Of a stretch of 64,000 nucleotides of DNA, positions 57,379-64,000 are shown in pieces; within the stretch, counting starts at the first letter, position 1, and the number at the start of each line of letters is the position of its first letter. Source of the DNA: Bacteroidota bacterium. GTDB lineage: Bacteria > Bacteroidota > Bacteroidia > Flavobacteriales > BACL11. Under the pieces are notes generated by a model that did not search any database, was not told the DNA's origin, and saw nothing but the letters and a program-made list of their open reading frames with translations. The DNA lies in the NCBI GenBank assembly GCA_036141595.1, contig JAYZXD010000018.1:1388-65387 (forward strand), written 5' to 3'. The translations under genes were made by a program, and so were the position numbers.

Positions 57379-57869
57379 TTGAGTTTTTTGATTTTTTCAA
57401 TTATTTGAGTACTGGAGCTCCCTTTAACTAATGGTATCAAAACAGTTTTTCCCCCTTCCTTATTAACAAAATTATTGCCTACTACTGTGTCTAAGGAATA
57501 GTCTCCCCCTTTAGTTAAAATATCAGGCTTTAATATTTTAATTAGATTAATTGGCGTCTCTTCATTAAATATTATAACTGCATCAACAATGTTAAGAGAT
57601 GCTAATAACAAAGATCTTGAATTTTCATTAACTACTGGTCGGTCTATTCCTTTTAAATTTTTAACTGATTTATCGGAATTTACTCCAACAATTATTTTGC
57701 TTCCTAAGTCAGCACTTTTAGCTAATACTTCTATATGACCTTTATGTAGTATATCAAAACAACCATTTGTAAAAACTATTTTTTCCCCTTCTTTTTTCCA
57801 TTTTTTGACATCATCTTGTAATTTTTCAAGGCAATAAATTTTTGATTTTATTATATCTATATTATTCAT
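57375..57869 (-). CDS. cytidylyl/adenylyltransferase family protein (RfaE domain II-like, D-beta-D-heptose 1-phosphate adenylyltransferase-like)
   Basis: FTNGCFDILHKGHIEVL nucleotidyltransferase motif and the KGGDY segment. It is 164 aa and has no kinase domain. Confidence 0.78.
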   Translation of the reverse strand: MNNIDIIKSKIYCLEKLQDDVKKWKKEGEKIVFTNGCFDILHKGHIEVLAKSADLGSKIIVGVNSDKSVKNLKGIDRPVVNENSRSLLLASLNIVDAVIIFNEETPINLIKILKPDILTKGGDYSLDTVVGNNFVNKEGGKTVLIPLVKGSSSTQIIEKIKKLK

Positions 57870-57870
57870 A

Positions 57871-58884
57871 TTAGTTTGTTTTTTTATTACTAAACAAAAT
57901 ATAAAAGCCTACTGCGCCAGATAAAAGAGCAAGTAAAGTTTGTGCTGAATGCACTATAAATGGAAATAAAAAAGCCGGATTATATTCGTTATACGGATTT
58001 AGAGAGATTATCCCTTGTGGAACTTGTATTGCAACTAGTCCAATCATTACAAGAAAATGATAGGTGCCGATTCCTCCAGGAGAAGGTATAACCATCCCTA
58101 TTCCTCCAATGACTAATAAAAACAAGCCATCAGAAATATTTAGGTTACTAGTTTCAGGTATAGCAAAAAAACATATAGCTGTCATTGCAAAATACATGAC
58201 CCAAATTATGAGTGTATGAACCCAAAACATAAATTTATTATCGATTTTTTTGATACTTTTTACCCCTTCTTTAATGCCAATAAAAAAAGCTATTGTTTTA
58301 GAGTAAATTTTAAGTTTCTTGATTCTGTTTTTAAAAATATATCCTCCTATAATGAAAACACAAATTATAATTATACTTAAATGACCGATATTTGAATCAT
58401 CATTATTTACAAACTTATTATATGAGTTGATAGAGTTATTAATTTCAGATGATTTCAGCACTATACATAAGATACCAAAAACAATAAGAAAAACAAAATC
58501 AATTATTCGTTCAATTAATATCGTGCCAAATAATTTGTCTACGGGAATATTGTCTGATTTTTTTAGAGCTGTACATCTTGCAATTTCCCCCGCTCTTGGA
58601 ATAAATAAATTTGCAAAGTAACTAAATGAAACTGCAGAAATAGTATGTTTTTTTGATACCTGATGTCCTATTGCATTTATTAAAATAATCCATCTAATGC
58701 CTCTGCTAATATATGCAATACCCCCAAATATTATTGATAAAATTACGTAAAGATAGTCTACTTTATTTAACAAATCATTAAATAATCTTTCAGGATTCTT
58801 TCCGAAGAAGTAATAAATAAAACTTCCAATTAAAATTATGGATATAAATACTTTAACAAGATTGCTTTTGTTATTTTTGTTCAT
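57871..58884 (-). CDS. UPF0104 / lysylphosphatidylglycerol-synthase-TM-region-like (flippase-like) membrane protein
   Basis: Eight or more TM helices with an IPRAGEIARC-type loop. The ATG at 58884 (MNKNNKSN) avoids overlap with the panC stop (ORF track gives 58914; 58890 is also possible). Confidence 0.65.
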   Translation of the reverse strand: MNKNNKSNLVKVFISIILIGSFIYYFFGKNPERLFNDLLNKVDYLYVILSIIFGGIAYISRGIRWIILINAIGHQVSKKHTISAVSFSYFANLFIPRAGEIARCTALKKSDNIPVDKLFGTILIERIIDFVFLIVFGILCIVLKSSEINNSINSYNKFVNNDDSNIGHLSIIIICVFIIGGYIFKNRIKKLKIYSKTIAFFIGIKEGVKSIKKIDNKFMFWVHTLIIWVMYFAMTAICFFAIPETSNLNISDGLFLLVIGGIGMVIPSPGGIGTYHFLVMIGLVAIQVPQGIISLNPYNEYNPAFLFPFIVHSAQTLLALLSGAVGFYILFSNKKTN

Positions 58885-58894
58885 CGCCATAAAA

Positions 58895-59731
58895 TTATAA
58901 AATAATATTATCAATCAGCCTAACCTTTTTAATATGTGCAGCAATACACACAACGTTGTTTTTTTCTTCACCCCAATTTTTAATTGGAAGCATACTATTT
59001 AGTGCAACAAACTCAATATATTCAAGATCTATTTCTTTAGTTTTTTTAAACTTTTCAATTATATATTCTTTTAGTTTTGGTATAGGTTGTAATTTATTTT
59101 TTTTACAATAATTTAGGCAACGATAAATCATTGCCGCTTTATCTTTTTCTTCATTTGACAATAATTTATTTCTTGAGCTCATTGCTAATCCATTTTTATC
59201 TCTTACTGTAGGCACTCCAACAACTGTTGTTTTAGAATTGATTTGATTTACAAGGTTTTTAATTATTTGCAATTGTTGTATATCTTTTTCGCCAAAATAA
59301 GCTTTATTAGGCTCAATTATTTTGAAAAGTTTTTCAATTATTGTAGCTACTCCGTTAAAGTGATTTTTTCTAAACTTTCCCTCCATAAATAAGTCTATTT
59401 TTCTAAAATTAAATTTTTTTACCTTTTCATTTTTTTCATATAAATCTAAAACATCTGGGGCATAAACTATATCACATTTTGATTTTTGTAATTTCTTAAG
59501 GTCTTCAGTTAAAGTTTGTGGATAATTATGAAAATCTTCATTGTTATCAAATTGAGTTGGGTTTATAAAAATGCTACAAATAGTCTTTTCACATTCTTTT
59601 TTTGATGTTTGAATTAGCTTAAGATGCCCATTATGAATCGCCCCCATAGTTGGAACAAACCCAATGCTTATATTTTCATCAAATAAAGATAGATATGATT
59701 TGAGGTTCTTTTTTGTTTTAAAAATTTTCAT
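58895..59731 (-). CDS. panC: pantoate--beta-alanine ligase
   Basis: PTMGAIHNGHLKL (HxGH) and the GEKD.QQL motif, 278 aa. Confidence 0.93.
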   Translation of the reverse strand: MKIFKTKKNLKSYLSLFDENISIGFVPTMGAIHNGHLKLIQTSKKECEKTICSIFINPTQFDNNEDFHNYPQTLTEDLKKLQKSKCDIVYAPDVLDLYEKNEKVKKFNFRKIDLFMEGKFRKNHFNGVATIIEKLFKIIEPNKAYFGEKDIQQLQIIKNLVNQINSKTTVVGVPTVRDKNGLAMSSRNKLLSNEEKDKAAMIYRCLNYCKKNKLQPIPKLKEYIIEKFKKTKEIDLEYIEFVALNSMLPIKNWGEEKNNVVCIAAHIKKVRLIDNIIL

Positions 59732-59765
59732 AGATTTTTTCTGTAATTTAACATTAGATAAGAAA

Positions 59766-59773
59766 CAAAACTA
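59766..59773 (-). promoter_or_regulatory. -7 element upstream of panC
   Basis: Plus strand caaaacta is TAGTTTTG on the minus strand, 35 nt upstream of the panC start (59731). Confidence 0.35.
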
Positions 59774-59807
59774 CCCTAAAAGCTTTGATTTTACATATTT
59801 TTTTATA

Positions 59808-59815
59808 TATTTTTG
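59808..59815 (+). promoter_or_regulatory. -7 element upstream of the glgA-like / DUF4270 / glmS unit
   Basis: TATTTTTG ends 18 nt before the ATG at 59834. Confidence 0.4.
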
Positions 59816-59833
59816 CATAATAAATAATTAGAA

Positions 59834-60679
59834 ATGGATAAAAAGAGGGTATTGTATGTTTCACAAGAGATAAATCCATATACCGGTGAAACAGAAATGG
59901 GTGAAATATCGAGTGTATTACCACAAAAAATACAAGAAGCGGGGAGAGATATTAGAATGTTTTTACCAAGATTCGGTACAATAAATCAAAGGAGACATCA
60001 ACTTCATGAAGTTATACGTCTTTCAGGTATGAATTTAATTATTGACGATTTCGACCATCAATTAATTATAAAGGTAGCTTCAATTCAAAAGTTAAGACTG
60101 CAAGTTTATTTTATTGACAACGAAGAATATTTTCCTGCTAAACAAATGTTTCATGACTTAGATGGAAATTTTTTGACTAATAATGATGAAAGAATAATTT
60201 TTTATTGCAAAGGAGTTATAGAAACAGTTAGAAAATTAGGCTGGGCTCCAGACATTATACACTGTCAAGGATGGTTCTCGTCATTAGTCCCAATGTATAT
60301 TAAAAAACTATATGCAGATGATCCATTATTTGAAAATGTTAAGGTTGTGTATTCAGTTTTTGAAAATTCATTTAAGGGTGTTTTAAGTAATAACATTGTT
60401 GAGAAACTATTATTTGAGGATCTTGACGAAAAAGATATTGCGAGAATTAAAAAGCCAACGATTGGAAATCTTCATAAATTTGCAGTTGATTATTCAGATG
60501 CAATTGTACAATCAAGCCCCAGCATAAACAATTCTGTATTAGAACACATAAAGTCATCTGGCAAGGATTTTTTAGATTTTCCAGGTTGTGATAATTATGT
60601 TGATGCATATGAGCAATTGTATAATAAAATTTTAGAAAAAAAAGAACAGCCAACTGTAGCAGAACTAATAGATAATTAA
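59834..60679 (+). CDS. short glycogen/starch synthase-like protein (GlgA N-terminal domain only)
   Basis: VLYVSQEINPY...RMFLPRFG...HCQGWFSSLVP resemble the N-terminal Rossmann half of GlgA. At 281 aa the C-terminal nucleotide-sugar-binding half is absent. Confidence 0.72.
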   Translation: MDKKRVLYVSQEINPYTGETEMGEISSVLPQKIQEAGRDIRMFLPRFGTINQRRHQLHEVIRLSGMNLIIDDFDHQLIIKVASIQKLRLQVYFIDNEEYFPAKQMFHDLDGNFLTNNDERIIFYCKGVIETVRKLGWAPDIIHCQGWFSSLVPMYIKKLYADDPLFENVKVVYSVFENSFKGVLSNNIVEKLLFEDLDEKDIARIKKPTIGNLHKFAVDYSDAIVQSSPSINNSVLEHIKSSGKDFLDFPGCDNYVDAYEQLYNKILEKKEQPTVAELIDN

Positions 60680-60681
60680 AA

Positions 60682-61887
60682 ATGAATCTTATTAAATTTT
60701 CATTCTTTCTGTTGAGTTTATTATTTATTTCATGTTCTGACCCCAATATACTAGGCCTTGAAATTCAGCCTGAGTCAGATAACATTTTGATTTTTAATAC
60801 TATTTCTGACGATTTTAAAATTGATGTACAGTCTGAGGATTCTCTTAGAACAGACAATGTCGTTAGCCTAACTTTAGGAGAAATTTATGATCCTATTTTT
60901 GGATTAAACAGTGCTGGCTTTTATACTCAACTACTATTGACTGAAAACAATATAGACTTAGGAAGTAATCCTGTGGTTGACTCTGTGATTTTATCATACA
61001 CATACTCTGGATATTATGGAGATATAAATCAGATTGATAATCTCTCTGTACAAAGAATTTATACAGACTTGTACAATGACTCGATATACTATAGTAATAC
61101 ATTTCAGTCAATTATTTCTAACACAAATAACATCGATCAATTCATTATTTCTGAAAATAATGATAACCCTAATATTAAAATCAAACTCACCAATGATTTT
61201 GGTCAGGAAATAGTTGATTTAGGATCAGAATTTCTTGTTGATAATGAAACTTTTCTATCTCAATTTAAAGGTTTGTCGCTATCAGCGTTTGGCTCAAATG
61301 GAATGCTATACTTAAATCCAAATGGATCTGAATCTTTTTTTAGAATTTATTATAGCAATGATGAAAATAATACTGATACACTTTCATTAGATTTTCAAGT
61401 TGGAGGGGATGCCGCTCGAGTGAATATTTTTAATGATAAAAATTCTCAGGAAATTACAGAAGACCTTTCTAAAATTTATATACAATCAATGGCCGGATAT
61501 AAAGCAAAAATAACATTTGACAATTTAGATACATTAAGAGCTATTTTAAATAATAAAGTTATTAATAAAGCTACAATTAGCTTTAGCGTGCAAGATGGCT
61601 CGCAGACTGAATTTTCAGCGCATGAAAAATTAGTTTTGGTTCGAGTAAATAGTTCAGGTGAAAATATATTCTTGTCAGATTTTTTAATTGAAGGGGATGC
61701 TTATTTTGGAGGGGCTTTAATTGATGAAGAATATCGATTTACCATAACAAGATATTTGCATCAACTTTTAACAAATACTGACTTTACATCAGATCTATAT
61801 TTACTTGCTGGAGGGGGGGCTGTTAATGCTAGCAGAACAATATTAGAAAAAGAAATGTTGTTAAAAATACATTACTCTGAATTATAA
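60682..61887 (+). CDS. lipoprotein, DUF4270-like
   Basis: Lipoprotein signal LLSLLFISC|SDPN. Position between the short glgA-like gene and glmS matches the arrangement I recall for Bacteroidota. No catalytic motifs are recognised. Confidence 0.55.
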   Translation: MNLIKFSFFLLSLLFISCSDPNILGLEIQPESDNILIFNTISDDFKIDVQSEDSLRTDNVVSLTLGEIYDPIFGLNSAGFYTQLLLTENNIDLGSNPVVDSVILSYTYSGYYGDINQIDNLSVQRIYTDLYNDSIYYSNTFQSIISNTNNIDQFIISENNDNPNIKIKLTNDFGQEIVDLGSEFLVDNETFLSQFKGLSLSAFGSNGMLYLNPNGSESFFRIYYSNDENNTDTLSLDFQVGGDAARVNIFNDKNSQEITEDLSKIYIQSMAGYKAKITFDNLDTLRAILNNKVINKATISFSVQDGSQTEFSAHEKLVLVRVNSSGENIFLSDFLIEGDAYFGGALIDEEYRFTITRYLHQLLTNTDFTSDLYLLAGGGAVNASRTILEKEMLLKIHYSEL

Positions 61888-61890
61888 ATT

Positions 61891-63732
61891 ATGTGTGGTA
61901 TTGTAGCATATGTTGGTACAAATGAAGCGTATCCAATTATTATAAAAGGTTTAAAGCGCTTGGAATACAGAGGTTATGATTCTGCAGGAGTTGCTATTGG
62001 ATCTAAATCTACTACTAAAATTTTTAAGAAAAAAGGTAAAGTTTCTAATTTAGAGTCATATGTACTTCAAAAAGATTACAGTGGGACTATAGGAATAGGA
62101 CATACTAGATGGGCAACCCACGGAGAACCCAGCGAGGTAAATGCACATCCTCACACATCTGGAGATAAAAAACTTTCTTTAATTCATAATGGGATCATAG
62201 AGAATCATGATTCTATTAAAAAAGCATTAGAAGCTAAAGACCATATCTTTGAGAGTAACACTGATACAGAAGTTCTTGTCCATTTGATTGAAGAAATTAA
62301 AAATCATGAAGAAGTTTCTTTGTTTGAAGCTGTTAGAATTGCATTAAATGAAGTTGTTGGGGCATATGCAATTGTTGTATTTGAAGAGGGTAATAATAAT
62401 GAATTTGTTGCAGCAAGAAAAGGGAGCCCATTGTTAATTGGAGTAGGTAGAAATGAATATTATGTTGCATCTGACGCATCACCAATTATTGAATATACAA
62501 ATGAAGTTATTTATTTAAAAGATGGGGAAATAGCTAGACTAAATTGTAATGAAAATATAGAAATTAAAACAATTCAAAATAAATCTATTACACCTTATAT
62601 TCATGAGTTAAAAATAAATTTAGACACTATCGAAAAAGGAGGGTTTCCTCATTTTATGTTAAAAGAAATATATGAGCAGCCAAAAAGTATTTTAGATACT
62701 ATGAGAGGAAGAATAAATCCAGAAAATAATGAGGTTAAGCTCGGAGGCATATTAGATTATGAAACAACAATTATTAACTCTAATAGGATTATAATTGTAG
62801 CTTGTGGAACTTCGTGGCATGCAGCCTTAATTGGGGAATATTTGTTTGAAGATTTTGCAAGAATCCCTGTTGAAGTTGAATATGCTTCAGAATTTAGATA
62901 CAGAAACCCGATCATACACGAAAATGACGTTGTACTTGCAATTTCGCAATCAGGCGAAACCGCAGATACATTAGCAGCTCTTGAACTTGCAAAGGAAAAA
63001 GGAGCAACTGTTTTGGGTGTTTGTAATGTCGTGGGGTCTTCTATTCCTAGGCTAACACATGCAGGAATATATACTCATGCAGGTCCCGAAATTGGCGTGG
63101 CTTCAACTAAAGCTTTCACAACACAAGTTGTTGTATTAATATTAACTGCATTACGAATTGGAAAACAAAGAGGTACATTATCCATTACAGATTATCATCA
63201 AATTATCACAGAATTAGATTTAATTCCATCAAAAATAGAAAAAGTCTTAAAAATTAATTCTCAGATTGAAGTCATTGCTAAAGAATTTAAAGATGCAACA
63301 AATTTTCTTTATCTTGGTAGAGGCTATAATTTTCCAGTTGCTCTAGAAGGGGCTTTAAAATTAAAAGAAATCTCATACATACACGCTGAAGGTTATCCTG
63401 CAGCAGAAATGAAACATGGACCTATTGCTTTAATTGATGATGAAATGCCAATAGTAGTAATTGCAACTAGAAAAGGTAATTATGAAAAGGTTGTTAGCAA
63501 CATACAAGAAGTCAAAGCAAGGGGTGGTAGAATTATTTCTATAGTAACAGAAGGTGACAGTATTGTAAAAAACTTAACAGATTACTGCATTGAGATACCT
63601 AATTGCTTTGAAGAATTAAGTCCATTATTAACAAATATCCCGCTGCAATTGCTTTCATATCATATTGCGGTTTTAAGAGGCTGTGATGTTGATCAGCCAA
63701 GAAATTTAGCTAAGTCGGTCACAGTCGAATAG
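61891..63732 (+). CDS. glmS: glutamine--fructose-6-phosphate aminotransferase (isomerizing)
   Basis: N-terminal nucleophile MCGIVAY, two SIS domains, and the C-terminal end DQPRNLAKSVTVE. Confidence 0.97.
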   Translation: MCGIVAYVGTNEAYPIIIKGLKRLEYRGYDSAGVAIGSKSTTKIFKKKGKVSNLESYVLQKDYSGTIGIGHTRWATHGEPSEVNAHPHTSGDKKLSLIHNGIIENHDSIKKALEAKDHIFESNTDTEVLVHLIEEIKNHEEVSLFEAVRIALNEVVGAYAIVVFEEGNNNEFVAARKGSPLLIGVGRNEYYVASDASPIIEYTNEVIYLKDGEIARLNCNENIEIKTIQNKSITPYIHELKINLDTIEKGGFPHFMLKEIYEQPKSILDTMRGRINPENNEVKLGGILDYETTIINSNRIIIVACGTSWHAALIGEYLFEDFARIPVEVEYASEFRYRNPIIHENDVVLAISQSGETADTLAALELAKEKGATVLGVCNVVGSSIPRLTHAGIYTHAGPEIGVASTKAFTTQVVVLILTALRIGKQRGTLSITDYHQIITELDLIPSKIEKVLKINSQIEVIAKEFKDATNFLYLGRGYNFPVALEGALKLKEISYIHAEGYPAAEMKHGPIALIDDEMPIVVIATRKGNYEKVVSNIQEVKARGGRIISIVTEGDSIVKNLTDYCIEIPNCFEELSPLLTNIPLQLLSYHIAVLRGCDVDQPRNLAKSVTVE

Positions 63733-63788
63733 TTTCATAACACCGATTTGGTTCTGAATATTTCCTTAATCAAATTTTTTATAACATA

Positions 63789-63971
63789 TCATTGACCTAT
63801 TGGAACAACCGAGAATGATTCTATATAGTTATTTATTACACTAAGGTCAAACTCAAGAGGGTTACAACAAACTTCACAATCTTCAATGAAGTTTTGTGTC
63901 TCAATAGAAGGGTCAATCATTTTTAATTGATTTTCCCAACAATGTGGACAGTCAAAATAATGTTCAATCAT
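63789..63971 (-). CDS. CPXCG-motif cysteine-rich small protein (zinc-ribbon-like)
   Basis: 60 aa with CPHC...CEVCC spacing typical of the CPxCG family. Confidence 0.6.
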   Translation of the reverse strand: MIEHYFDCPHCWENQLKMIDPSIETQNFIEDCEVCCNPLEFDLSVINNYIESFSVVPIGQ

Positions 63972-64000
63972 ATTAAAAAAAAATAGTATACAAAAATACT

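Noticed and set aside
61860-61895. I considered a possible glmS ribozyme or other riboswitch upstream of glmS.
   Set aside because: Only 3 nt separate the upstream lipoprotein stop from the glmS ATG, so there is no room for a structured leader.
1-64000. I searched for a defence island, toxin-antitoxin pair, CRISPR array, integrase, transposase, phage genes, or tRNA/rRNA genes.
   Set aside because: Every ORF above about 100 aa has either a housekeeping or envelope-type assignment or is an antisense shadow ORF. No direct-repeat/spacer pattern is visible. No intergenic gap is large enough for a tRNA except 22435..22693, which contains a terminator and promoter-like sequence but no cloverleaf-like features I could see.

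Overview
This is an AT-rich, very tightly packed chromosomal segment that looks like Bacteroidota, class Flavobacteriia. The evidence is T9SS cargo domains, a PorP/SprF gene, TAnnTTTG -7 promoter motifs and a signal-peptidase +1 Gln pattern. I support about 62 protein-coding genes. I found no rRNA, tRNA, CRISPR array, transposase, integrase, prophage or recognisable defence genes. Most of the content is core housekeeping:
- Four aminoacyl-tRNA synthetases (cysS, aspS, metG, trpS) plus gatC.
- tRNA and rRNA modification genes: trhO, queD, tadA, dusB and a pseudouridine synthase.
- A consolidated aa3-type cytochrome c oxidase structural and assembly cluster (5.4-13.5 kb).
- A homogentisate-route tyrosine catabolism cluster (50.4-54.6 kb).
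- An ExbB/ExbD energiser cluster.
- radA, panC, glmS, hflX, rbfA, sod, bcp and hemW.
The accessory-like content is a 1735-aa SprB-repeat surface protein with a type-B T9SS C-terminal domain and an adjacent PorP/SprF gene. There is also a tandem pair of secreted amidohydrolases, a secreted esterase, an orphan sulfotransferase and an AsmA-like protein followed by an orphan histidine kinase.
I could not identify a clear-cut new multi-gene system such as a defence island. The most unusual observations are:
- Apparently dead catalytic sites in three enzyme modules: an MsrA domain, an RluB-type pseudouridine synthase and two of three amidohydrolase modules.
- A small exported CxxC membrane protein embedded in the oxidase-assembly genes.
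- A tyrosine-catabolic cluster that lacks a recognisable maleylacetoacetate isomerase but carries a flavin-reductase-like gene.
- A +1 Gln rule in all six predicted signal-peptidase-I substrates, in the same window as a glutaminyl-cyclase-like lipoprotein.
All functional calls rest on motif recognition by eye. None has been verified by a database search.
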